The translations under genes and the position numbers were made by a program. A DNA stretch of 64,000 nucleotides from Candidatus Omnitrophota bacterium (GTDB lineage Bacteria; Omnitrophota; Gorgyraeia; JAZDFF01), in contig JAZDFF010000020.1 of assembly GCA_043808095.1 (NCBI GenBank), positions 26,624-90,623 on the forward strand, written 5' to 3'. The notes under the pieces were generated by a model. That model was given only the letters and a program-made list of their open reading frames with translations. It ran no database searches and had not been told where the DNA came from. Position 1 is the stretch's first letter, and the number at the start of each line of letters is the position of its first letter. Shown piece after piece: positions 39,729 through 48,911 of this stretch.

Positions 39729-41261
39729 ATGTTAAAGGGCAACCAGGTAGGCATATATTTGAGCCAGGGCTCCATAGAACTTATTGAGGCACAGGCCAAG
39801 CAATTAGCTCGATACTATTCTTTGGCCTTGCCCGCCAAACAAGAACAGGCCGTAGATTTTTCTCAAGACGATAAACTAAAGATGGTGGTAGGCCTTAATA
39901 AAAGTATCCGAGAGGCATTGATTGAGACTAAGGATGTTATCTTAAGTATCGCGGCAGAAAAGCTAGTGATTAGGTACTTTCAGATACCGGTTATGCCTAA
40001 AGCAGAACTTGATTCTACCGTTAACTTTGAGGCCAGAAGATATATTCCCTTTAACATAGAAGAACTGGCCTTTGATTACCAGTCCATTAATTTAAATAAA
40101 AACTTAGGTATCCTTTTCGTTGCTATAAAAAGGGACTTCTTAGATTTTATTGTTTCGGTCTTCACAGAGGCCAAATTAAATCTTTTGGCCATAGAACCCG
40201 CATCTTTTAGTCTACTACGGGTTTTAAAATTAAGCAGACATATCGGGAAAAACAATTTAGTGATTGTTGATTTTAACCCCAATGAAGGCGGTGATATTAC
40301 TATTTTAGAGGCAGGATTTCCGCGATTTAACAGAGACATAAAATTTTTGCCTGGCCTGCCGCTTGAAATGGACGAGAAACTAGATTCAACCTCCGCTAAA
40401 TTAATAACCGAAATCCGGCTTTCTTTAGAGTTTTATTTTCGTAGGCAACCTTATCAGAAATTTATCGAAAAACTAATTTTGGTAACCCAGGAGGATTCTT
40501 CAGAATTAAAAGATTCTCTTTCTAGGGAATTAGGCTTTCCTATAGTTATAGTTAGGCCTGCTGAGTTACTCATAAATATCAAAGAACCAATGGGCCTCGG
40601 TTTGGTAAAGGCATATGGGGCGTCTTTAAGAAACAAAATCAGCCTTCCGTTTTCCATAGACTTATTGAAAAATATTGCAGTCAAGACTTATAAGCCAAAG
40701 GCTATTTTTCCAAAAGTCGCAATAAAGATAGATTTGCTCTCTCTTTTAAAACCAGAGCTAATACGTACATTAATAATCTGCTGTCTGGGAGTAGTTTTAG
40801 TATATTTATTCGGCCTTCAAAAAATTATTCTTGAAAAGAAAAATCTTGAAAGCTTAAGACAAAAGGATAAAAGAGCCGGATATTTCAGCGGTCTCAGCTC
40901 CAAAGATTTAAAAATAATGCAAGAAAATTACGAAAAGAAACTCAGCGCCCTGGAAACTTTGGCTGGGAGAAGGATTTATCTCACCAAAAAGTTAAATACC
41001 CTTGCCAGTGTTTTGCCTGATGGCTGTTGGCTTAAAGATATTTCTTTTCAAAAATCTCCCAATTCGATTGGGCTGGTAGTAAGAGGCAGCGTCTACCATG
41101 AGGACGAAACCAAAGAATTTGGCACGGTAAATCAACTTTTATCTAGGTTAAAGAATGACGCAAGTTTTCTCGAAGGTTTTACCGAGATAAGCCTCTCTAG
41201 GGTCAATAAAAATAAAGCAGCAAAATGGATAGTCACTGATTTTGAAATTTCATGTAGGTAG
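39729..41261 (+). CDS. pilMN: type IV pilus assembly protein PilM fused to PilN
   Basis: N-terminal ~340 aa form an actin-like PilM fold. A single TM helix (LIRTLIICCLGVVLVYLFG) and a coiled-coil periplasmic PilN-like region follow. Confidence 0.7.
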   Translation: MLKGNQVGIYLSQGSIELIEAQAKQLARYYSLALPAKQEQAVDFSQDDKLKMVVGLNKSIREALIETKDVILSIAAEKLVIRYFQIPVMPKAELDSTVNFEARRYIPFNIEELAFDYQSINLNKNLGILFVAIKRDFLDFIVSVFTEAKLNLLAIEPASFSLLRVLKLSRHIGKNNLVIVDFNPNEGGDITILEAGFPRFNRDIKFLPGLPLEMDEKLDSTSAKLITEIRLSLEFYFRRQPYQKFIEKLILVTQEDSSELKDSLSRELGFPIVIVRPAELLINIKEPMGLGLVKAYGASLRNKISLPFSIDLLKNIAVKTYKPKAIFPKVAIKIDLLSLLKPELIRTLIICCLGVVLVYLFGLQKIILEKKNLESLRQKDKRAGYFSGLSSKDLKIMQENYEKKLSALETLAGRRIYLTKKLNTLASVLPDGCWLKDISFQKSPNSIGLVVRGSVYHEDETKEFGTVNQLLSRLKNDASFLEGFTEISLSRVNKNKAAKWIVTDFEISCR

Positions 41262-41267
41262 ATATTT

Positions 41268-41813
41268 ATGAATTTAGGCAATTTCAAACAGATAAAGCTT
41301 GAAGAGCTGATTAAGAAACCCGTATTCCTGTTTCATATTGGGATTGTTATTTTTAGTTTTATAGTGGCAAAACACGTATACACGGATCAGATTAAAAAAG
41401 CCCAGGATATAAAGATAGAGATTGGGGAAGAAAAAGAAGATAACCTCGTAATCAGTAAGATTGAAGATATAAAGAAAAATTTAGAGGATTATAAAAAGGT
41501 GGCCTTATTGGATAAAGATATGGGCCTCGTAATAAATATGATTAATCAGTATGCAAATCAAATAGGGATTAAATTTGAGTCTATGAGCCCTTTGGCGGTG
41601 AAAGAAATCGGTCCTTATTTTTATTTATCGGTTAATCTGCGTTTTCAAATCGATTCATTCAACCAACTAGGCTCTTTTATCAGTATTATTGAGAATTCTT
41701 CGTTGTTTCTGCAAGTAGATGGTATGAGCGTAGCTAACGTAAGTTATGGGAGAGAGGATCAGCAGGCCGCGAGATCTTGTGATTTGATTGTTGGCGCCTT
41801 CTATTTTAAATAA
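41268..41813 (+). CDS. pilO: type IV pilus assembly protein PilO-like
   Basis: N-terminal TM helix, coiled coil and a C-terminal periplasmic domain, positioned between pilMN and pilP. Confidence 0.55.
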   Translation: MNLGNFKQIKLEELIKKPVFLFHIGIVIFSFIVAKHVYTDQIKKAQDIKIEIGEEKEDNLVISKIEDIKKNLEDYKKVALLDKDMGLVINMINQYANQIGIKFESMSPLAVKEIGPYFYLSVNLRFQIDSFNQLGSFISIIENSSLFLQVDGMSVANVSYGREDQQAARSCDLIVGAFYFK

Positions 41814-42049
41814 GGAGATTTTCCTTGACTATTGATAAGGGCAAAACTAATGGAACACGAATGCGCACTGATTACCCCGGGAATTCGGAGAATTCCCGGG
41901 ACTTAGTCCCTGAAATTGCAATTAAAATTGCAATTTCTAGGGGCACACAAATAAACACGAATTTGTCGTCGGAATTTATTCGTGAGAATTCGTATGCAAT
42001 TTGTGAGAATTCGCGCATTGGTTATACAAAGATTAATAAAAGGTTGTTC

Positions 42050-42436
42050 ATGCTGTTTTTAATGCTGATTGTTACGCTTCTTTGGCAGGAGGTTGTTTCA
42101 GCCACGGTTGAGTTTAATCCCTCAACTAACCGCGATCCATTTACTTCCTTATTGCCGAAAGAAAAACCTATAGAACAGCCAACGGTTATTGCACCAGGTA
42201 CGCGAGAAGAAGTCATAGTAGCGCCAAAACTTAATATTCAGGGCCTGGTCTGGGGAGCAAAATTTCCTCAGGCAATAATTGAGAATAAGGTGGTTAAAAT
42301 TGGAGATAAAATCGATGAATCCGAGATAGTAGAGATAAAAAAAGATGGAATTGTAATAACATATAAGGGGAAATTATTTACGCTCCAAACACAAGGGCCT
42401 TCTCCCGGAAGGTCGACGGAGGGCGAGAGAAGATGA
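42050..42436 (+). CDS. pilP: PilP-like pilus assembly (lipo)protein
   Basis: Hydrophobic N-terminus, an RDPF motif and a C-terminal beta domain. The tracked ORF start (41825) runs through the upstream repeat element; ATG 42050 is more plausible. Confidence 0.5.
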   Translation: MLFLMLIVTLLWQEVVSATVEFNPSTNRDPFTSLLPKEKPIEQPTVIAPGTREEVIVAPKLNIQGLVWGAKFPQAIIENKVVKIGDKIDESEIVEIKKDGIVITYKGKLFTLQTQGPSPGRSTEGERR

Positions 42437-43998
42437 AAAATAAATACAGATTATTAATTTATTTAATCCTTGCTTTTTTGTTTCTTGTCGTTAGAGAAGC
42501 CGGGCCTTATGAGGATTTTGGTTATGATGGTGAAAAAGAACCGCTTATTTCCATGGATTTTCAGGATGCCAATCTAAAGGATGTCTTAAAGATATTTTCT
42601 CAGCAGTCGGGTTTAAATTTTATTGCTTCTGAGGCGATTATGGATAGAAAGTTAACGCTGTATCTTGATAAGGTCAGTGTGGATGAGGCGCTTTCCAAGA
42701 TTCTCTCGGCCAATGGCCTTGCCTATGAGTTAGATAAATCAAGCCATATCTTTATCGTCAAAGAATTGGGTAGACCTAAGATTGAGACCATCACCAAGGT
42801 GTATTACCTAAAATATGCCCGGGTCAGCACTTCGCATATAAACAGCGAAATAAAAGATAAACTCAGCAGCACAAGCAGTAGTTCATCCACAAGCACTAGT
42901 TCAACACAAGAAGATTCAGGCGGCATAAAAACGGCAATTGAAAAGATCCTAACGGATAATGGTAAGATTGTTGAGGATGCGCGCACTAACAGCCTCATAG
43001 TTACCGACGTGCCCAACAATTTTACCTTTATTGACCAGACTATTAGCAAATTAGATATTGCTACGCCTCAGGTATTAATTGAAGTAGAGATGCTTGATGT
43101 TTCTAAAAATACTGCAGATCAACTGGGAGTAAAGTGGCAGAATCCGCTTGCTTCTTTAGATATGACCTTGACTCAAAGGGCCAGTGCTTTTCCATTTCAT
43201 ACTTCTAGGTATGCAAATCAATCAAAAAATACGGCGACAGTCACAGCGGCAACTGCTACTCCAAGCGGTTGGTCTGATATGAGTTGGGCAGCTAACACTT
43301 TTGGGCCGACAATTTTAACAATAGTAGGAAAACAGCTTTCCCTGGATTTCTTAAGGTCCCAGACAGATACCAAATATCTTGCCCGGCCAAGGATTCTTAC
43401 ATTAAGCAATGAAACGGCTGAGATAAAAATAGCAACGCAAGAATCCATCGGCATTACAACTACTACCGCCTCAACTGGCGGCTCTTCCGGCAGCACTACG
43501 CAAGAGCCAGAAAGGTCAGAGACAGGCGTGTCTTTAAGAGTTACCCCTCAAGTTAACGCAGAAACAGGTGATATCACCATGTTTATTGAGCCGGAGGTTG
43601 CTGCAGCTAAGACCGGCAATACCTTAACTCTTGCCGGTGACACCTATTCTTTTAGAGACCCGGAAAAGCGGGGGACAAAATCAACCGTTATGATTAAAGA
43701 CGGCCAGACTATTGTAATCGGCGGTCTTATACGTACTGACACTTCCTTAGTCAATACCAAGGTTCCTTTTTTAGGGGATATCCCTCTATTAGGCACATTA
43801 TTTAGACATAAGGATAAAACTAAAGACGAGGATCGGGAGTTGATTATTTTTCTTACTCCCCACATCATAAAAGAACCTACATTCAAAGATACCCTGCCTG
43901 CGATAAGTACTTTAGGCCTTAATCGGGAACAGATGCCTTCTTTAAGGAATACTGATATAGATAAATTTTTAGATCAGGTTGAAGATAAAAGATTATAG
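42433..43998 (+). CDS. pilQ: type IV pilus secretin
   Basis: C-terminal secretin domain (VPFLGDIPLLGTLF...IFLTPHII) and an N0-like domain. It carries Ser/Thr-rich linkers. Confidence 0.85.
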   Translation: MKNKYRLLIYLILAFLFLVVREAGPYEDFGYDGEKEPLISMDFQDANLKDVLKIFSQQSGLNFIASEAIMDRKLTLYLDKVSVDEALSKILSANGLAYELDKSSHIFIVKELGRPKIETITKVYYLKYARVSTSHINSEIKDKLSSTSSSSSTSTSSTQEDSGGIKTAIEKILTDNGKIVEDARTNSLIVTDVPNNFTFIDQTISKLDIATPQVLIEVEMLDVSKNTADQLGVKWQNPLASLDMTLTQRASAFPFHTSRYANQSKNTATVTAATATPSGWSDMSWAANTFGPTILTIVGKQLSLDFLRSQTDTKYLARPRILTLSNETAEIKIATQESIGITTTTASTGGSSGSTTQEPERSETGVSLRVTPQVNAETGDITMFIEPEVAAAKTGNTLTLAGDTYSFRDPEKRGTKSTVMIKDGQTIVIGGLIRTDTSLVNTKVPFLGDIPLLGTLFRHKDKTKDEDRELIIFLTPHIIKEPTFKDTLPAISTLGLNREQMPSLRNTDIDKFLDQVEDKRL

Positions 43999-44093
43999 AT
44001 AATAGATGCCAGATACCAGATGCAAGATAAAAAAATGTCCGATTTTAAATTGACTAGATTTTTAATAAGAATTATAATTAGTTAGGTGTAGAT

Positions 44094-45824
44094 ATGCCGC
44101 GTATGAGCTCAAAATTAGGCGAGATATTGCTGCAGGAAGGCTTGATTACCAAAGACCAGCTTGAACAGGCTATCTCTGCCCAGAGGCAAGAGAAAAACGC
44201 CCGTATCGGCGAGATTTTTATAAAACTTGGCATTGTAAAAGAACAGGATGTCATTGCTGCCCTGGGTAAGCAACTCAGTATTCCTTACGTTTCTTTAGGG
44301 GCAGGGCTTCTTAAGCCTATTATCGACCAGGGCCTGGAGGAGTTAGTCCCCAAAGATTTTGCCCTTAAGAATTTAGTCCTGCCGCTTTCTAAGAGTTTTA
44401 GTTCCCTGACCTGCGCTGTATATGACCCTTTGGATCTTATCCTGATTGACAACCTGAGAAAGATGACCGGCTGTGAGATTAATCCTGTGATTGCTACCAA
44501 ATCCGATATCTTACAGGCAATCGAAGATTTTTACGGAAAACTGAATCTTTTAAAAGAAGCGGTTAAAGATTCCTATAAAAGCCAAGATGAGGAAACTGTA
44601 GAGGCCCAGGAATTGCGCACACCTGAAGAAGAAGAGCTAAGTATCGACAAACTTATTGCCCGGGCAGAAGAGGCTCCTGTTATAAAACTTGTGGACTTGA
44701 TTATCCGTCAGGCCATAGATGAGCGCGCCTCAGATATCCACATCGAACCGTTTAAGAACAGGATTTCTTTACGTTATCGTATTGACGGCGTACTTTATGA
44801 GATACCGCCGCCTGCCCGGCACCTGCATCTTCCCATTGTCTCGCGTATTAAGATTCTTTCCAAGTTAGATATTGCGGAAAAACGCCTGCCCCAGGATGGT
44901 TCCTTTATTGTTAAACTAGAGAACAAGACCATCGACCTGAGGATATCCATAGTACCCACTATCTACGGTGAAAAGGCGGTCTTAAGATTATTAGACCGCA
45001 CCCAGATCCCTTTAGATCTGGCACAACTTGGATTTGATTCGAATCAATTGAAGGATTTCCGCCGGTCAATCCGTAGTCCCTATGGGATGGTCTTTTTAAC
45101 CGGCCCCACTGGTTCGGGAAAGACCACTACTCTTTATGCCGCCTTAAGCGAGGTAAAAGACCCGCGAAAAAATATCATCACTGTCGAGGACCCAGTTGAA
45201 TACCATCTTGAGGGGGTTAATCAAGTCCAGATAAAACCGGATATCGGCCTTACCTTTGCCTCATCCCTTAGGGCATTTTTAAGACAAGACCCGGATATAA
45301 TGATGGTTGGAGAGGTAAGGGACCTGGAGACTGCCCAGATTTGTGTGCGCGCAGCCTTAACCGGACATCTGGTTTTTAGTACCTTACACACTAATGATGC
45401 ACCTTCGACCATAACCCGGCTTATGGATATCGGCATAGAGCCTTACCTTTTAGCTCCATCTATCGTTTTAATCGTGGCCCAGCGTTTAGTAAGAAAACTT
45501 TGCCCTGAATGTAAAGAGGCGTATGAGCCGAAACCAGAGCAGATAAAAGATCTAAATTTTAACCCCCCAGACCTTATTTATAGACCCAAAGGTTGTGATA
45601 AATGTAATCATATTGGCTACATGGGAAGGATTGCTATCGCCGAGGTAATGGTAGTTACGGAAAAAATCAGGGAGCAGATTAAGCCGGGAGTATCATTTGT
45701 TATGCTCAAGAATATTTCCCGGGAAGAAGGCATGGTTAGTTTATTGGAAAGCGGACTAAAAAAAGCTAGTGACGGCCTTACCAGTTTAGAGGAAGTCCTT
45801 GGTGTTGCTGTAGGGGATTTCTAG
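44094..45824 (+). CDS. pilB: type IV pilus assembly ATPase (GspE/PilB family)
   Basis: T2SSE_N domain, Walker A GPTGSGKTTT, Asp/His boxes, and the tetracysteine motif (CPEC...CDKC). Confidence 0.88.
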   Translation: MPRMSSKLGEILLQEGLITKDQLEQAISAQRQEKNARIGEIFIKLGIVKEQDVIAALGKQLSIPYVSLGAGLLKPIIDQGLEELVPKDFALKNLVLPLSKSFSSLTCAVYDPLDLILIDNLRKMTGCEINPVIATKSDILQAIEDFYGKLNLLKEAVKDSYKSQDEETVEAQELRTPEEEELSIDKLIARAEEAPVIKLVDLIIRQAIDERASDIHIEPFKNRISLRYRIDGVLYEIPPPARHLHLPIVSRIKILSKLDIAEKRLPQDGSFIVKLENKTIDLRISIVPTIYGEKAVLRLLDRTQIPLDLAQLGFDSNQLKDFRRSIRSPYGMVFLTGPTGSGKTTTLYAALSEVKDPRKNIITVEDPVEYHLEGVNQVQIKPDIGLTFASSLRAFLRQDPDIMMVGEVRDLETAQICVRAALTGHLVFSTLHTNDAPSTITRLMDIGIEPYLLAPSIVLIVAQRLVRKLCPECKEAYEPKPEQIKDLNFNPPDLIYRPKGCDKCNHIGYMGRIAIAEVMVVTEKIREQIKPGVSFVMLKNISREEGMVSLLESGLKKASDGLTSLEEVLGVAVGDF

Positions 45825-45919
45825 TTGCACAGATGAGCGCAGATTGTAAATAAAAACTTAAGTTTTCACAGATAGGCACAGATGAGTTATCTGTGTTTCA
45901 GCCGTAGGCTGATCCGCCT

Positions 45920-47188
45920 TTGGCGGAAATAAGGAAAAAGATGCCAAAATTCTTTTATGTAGCCAGGACAAATGACGGCCAAAAAAGGACAGGCGTAGCC
46001 GAGGCACAAGATCAGGGTTCATTGATATCACGCCTGCAGCAAGAGGGCCTGATTATTACTACAGTGGTCAGTCAGGAATCCGAGGCGCAAACAGCTGCAG
46101 GTGAACCAAAACCCGCCCGGTCCTTAAAAACCATAATTCGCAGAAGCCGCGTGAGCGTCAATGATATGGTCCTTTTTTCCAGGCAATTAGGGACGATGTT
46201 AGACTCCGGAATCAATCTCCTTAGGGCCTTAGATGTTATCTTAAAACAGATTGAATCCAGAACTCTTTATCAGGCTGTTGAACAGGTAAAGAACGATGTT
46301 GAGTCAGGCAAAAGCCTCGCCCAGGGCATGGCAAGGTTCCCGCGGATATTTTCGAAATTGTGGGTAAACCTTATTGAGACCGGTGAGGCCAGCGGAAATA
46401 TGCCTTTGGTTTTAGACAGGCTGGCCAGATACGAAGAGGCCAGGGCTGCGTTTCAGACTAAGGTCATTACAGCCCTTATTTATCCTGCCATACTCTTTAT
46501 TGTAGCTATGGGCGCGATATTCTTTTTTGTCTATAAGATTATTCCTACCTTTGCCGAATTGTTTGGTGCTTTTGGCGTAGAACTGCCTGCCCCCACAAGA
46601 TTTTTTATTTTCTTGAGTAAATCCTTGCACCGTGGTATAATTCCTATAGTCTTAGGAGTAATTATTATTTCCTATCTTTTTAGAAGATATATCGAAACCA
46701 GATCAGGAAGAGAAACTTTTGACATCTTTAAATTTAAAATGCCCGTTTTAGGCCATCTCTTTAAGGCTATGGCCATAGAGACTTTTACTTCGGAACTGGC
46801 AATGCTCTTAGAAAGCGGGGTGCCAATACTTTATGCCTTGGATATTACCCAGCACAGTATTACCAATACAGTCATCGAAAAGGCCATAACCCAGGCCAAG
46901 AATAATGTGCGCGAAGGAAAGACCTTGTCTGAGCCATTAGAGGCTAGCGGCGTATTCCCTCCTATGGTAGTGCAGATGGTTTCTATCGGGGAAGAAGTTG
47001 GTGAATTGCCTAAAATGTTCAATCAGATTTCCAAATTTTATGAGTCATTTATTGAGACCTTTGTCACCCGCTTGACGCTTATGTTTGAGCCGTTTATGCT
47101 GGTTTTTATAGGAGGCATCATTGGATTTATGGTAATTTCGATGTTTCTGCCTATTTTTAATATCGCAACTGTAGGAGGAATGAAGTAA
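45920..47188 (+). CDS. pilC: type IV pilus inner-membrane platform protein (GspF/PilC family)
   Basis: Two T2SSF repeats and three TM segments, about 420 aa. Confidence 0.85.
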   Translation: MAEIRKKMPKFFYVARTNDGQKRTGVAEAQDQGSLISRLQQEGLIITTVVSQESEAQTAAGEPKPARSLKTIIRRSRVSVNDMVLFSRQLGTMLDSGINLLRALDVILKQIESRTLYQAVEQVKNDVESGKSLAQGMARFPRIFSKLWVNLIETGEASGNMPLVLDRLARYEEARAAFQTKVITALIYPAILFIVAMGAIFFFVYKIIPTFAELFGAFGVELPAPTRFFIFLSKSLHRGIIPIVLGVIIISYLFRRYIETRSGRETFDIFKFKMPVLGHLFKAMAIETFTSELAMLLESGVPILYALDITQHSITNTVIEKAITQAKNNVREGKTLSEPLEASGVFPPMVVQMVSIGEEVGELPKMFNQISKFYESFIETFVTRLTLMFEPFMLVFIGGIIGFMVISMFLPIFNIATVGGMK

Positions 47189-47268
47189 GATAAATGAAGA
47201 CATGGCTTAGTGAGTGATAACGAAATTAAGTCATAAGTCGCATGCTCTATAGAAGGAGGTGGTGTGTA

Positions 47269-47303
47269 GGTTAAAGGTTAAAGGTTAAAGGTTAAAGGTT
47301 AAA
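47269..47303 (+). repeat. 5 perfect tandem copies of the heptamer GGTTAAA upstream of the major pilin gene
   Basis: Sequence ggttaaaggttaaaggttaaaggttaaaggttaaa, ending 17 nt before the pilin RBS AAGGAGG. Confidence 0.9.
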
Positions 47304-47333
47304 GGTTAAAATTAAATAAATTAAGGAGGAAAA

Positions 47334-47744
47334 ATGAGAAGAAAAGGTTTTACCTTACTGGAATTAATTATCGTCATTGTCATCTTGGGTATCTTGGCCA
47401 GTTTTGCTATGCCGCGTTATTTCAGGGCCGCAGAAAAAGCCCGCGCAGCAGAAGGGATTTCTATATTAGGTACTTTTCGCTCTGCACAGATAAGAGAGAG
47501 GGCACAACGAGGTAATTACGCAGGCGCCTGTGGGGGTTTAGATGTCGAAATTGGTGCGCCGCGTTTTTTTGCTGCTCCTGTTTGTGCGGCTGCTGATCCC
47601 ATAGTTTCAATTACAAGAGATCTTACTAATGCAAACAATGCTGTCGAACCAGGCGTAGCATATACCATAACTATTACCGCAGATGGCCTGTTAGCATGTG
47701 GTCCTGCAGGTGCGTTAGCTAGTTGCACAGCAGTAATGCCATAG
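47334..47744 (+). CDS. pilA: type IV pilin (candidate major pilin)
   Basis: Prepilin class-III signal MRRKG|FTLLELIIVIVILGILA with E+5, four Cys in the C-terminal D-region, and a strong RBS. Confidence 0.8.
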   Translation: MRRKGFTLLELIIVIVILGILASFAMPRYFRAAEKARAAEGISILGTFRSAQIRERAQRGNYAGACGGLDVEIGAPRFFAAPVCAAADPIVSITRDLTNANNAVEPGVAYTITITADGLLACGPAGALASCTAVMP

Positions 47745-47806
47745 CTCTTTAATTGGCGGATTTGTTTAACATTGTTTAGGAATACAATAAATACCCATAA
47801 AATAAA

Positions 47807-48259
47807 ATGCACAAACGCAAGGCTTTTACCTTAATTGAGGTAACGGCAGTGGTAATTATTGCCTCTATCTCAGCGGTTATCGTCTTCCCTAATTACCAGC
47901 GGGCAGTAGAGCAGGCCAGAGATAGAGAGGCGGTTGCCTGCCTGCGTTTAATTCAGGCTGGAGAGCGGATCTATCGCATTGAGCACGACCCGCCTCAGTT
48001 TTTTCCTTTTAATGGCGAGCTGCAACAAAATACCGGCCAAATCAATGCAGGCCTGAGGCTTAGTTTAACCACACAAAATTGGAGATATTTTGTTGATGAT
48101 TTGGCAGGTGGTAATAATTTTGATGCTCAGGCTCAGAGCGTTTTAACAGGACGGACCTGGATGATAAGAAGGGATAATTGTAATAATATATTTGGCGCCT
48201 GCTGTATAGCAAATTGTCCACCGGATCCGGCTTACACAGATTGCACAGGATGTCCTTAA
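47807..48259 (+). CDS. minor pilin / pseudopilin
   Basis: N-terminus MHKRKA|FTLIEV (Ala at -1, E+5) and a Cys-rich C-terminus (CCIANCPPDPAYTDCTGCP). Confidence 0.65.
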   Translation: MHKRKAFTLIEVTAVVIIASISAVIVFPNYQRAVEQARDREAVACLRLIQAGERIYRIEHDPPQFFPFNGELQQNTGQINAGLRLSLTTQNWRYFVDDLAGGNNFDAQAQSVLTGRTWMIRRDNCNNIFGACCIANCPPDPAYTDCTGCP

Positions 48260-48663
48260 AGTTTGGATATATTTTTAAGAAAGCCCCGTTAAAGATTAAG
48301 AAATCATTAGCGGGGTTTACCCTTGTTGAGATAGTTGTTGCTGCGATGATTCTGTCTATAGCAATCTGGAGTATAATGGTGGCTTTTAATGCCGGGACAC
48401 GGTTTGTTTACCACTCCCGTTATCGGCTATTGGCGGTAAATTATATGCAGGCAGTTTTAGAGAACTTAAGGCAGGCAGTAAGAGAAGATACCTGGGGTAC
48501 AGGAGATTTGAGCTTTGGAAATCATAATTGTCCCTTTGCGAACCCATTAGCTACGATTGATCCTGCAGCAACATGTACCTATACTGTGACTGATTTTCAA
48601 GGAGGAAATAATCCTGATTTGCCCAAGAATGTGGAGGTAACTGTAACCTGGACACCGCCTTAA
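48250..48663 (+). CDS. minor pilin / pseudopilin
   Basis: KKSLAG|FTLVEIVVAAMILSIA prepilin motif. The start overlaps the stop of the preceding pilin gene. Confidence 0.65.
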   Translation: MSLKFGYIFKKAPLKIKKSLAGFTLVEIVVAAMILSIAIWSIMVAFNAGTRFVYHSRYRLLAVNYMQAVLENLRQAVREDTWGTGDLSFGNHNCPFANPLATIDPAATCTYTVTDFQGGNNPDLPKNVEVTVTWTPP

Positions 48664-48911
48664 TTCAAAATAACTAATGACTAAATCTGAATGACGAATA
48701 AAAATCACAAATTCCAAATTACAAATCACAAACAAATTACAATACCCAATGACCAAATTTCAAAACTCGCTTGGAAAAATTGATTCTGTTTTGGTCATTG
48801 TAATTTTGGAATTGTATATTGTTTATAATTTGAGGTTTGTATATTGTAATTTATTCTTTAGGAATTCATTAGGCATTCGTCATTAGGAAATTCGAAATTT
48901 TTAAAAGGTTA

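Noticed and set aside
41825-42049. N-terminal 75 codons of tracked ORF 41825..42436 (MTIDKGKTNGTRMRTDYPGNSENS...)
   Set aside because: The sequence is the 215-nt repeat element, which is duplicated at 48913 and read there in the same way, and is full of palindromes. The PilP-like protein most plausibly starts at ATG 42050.
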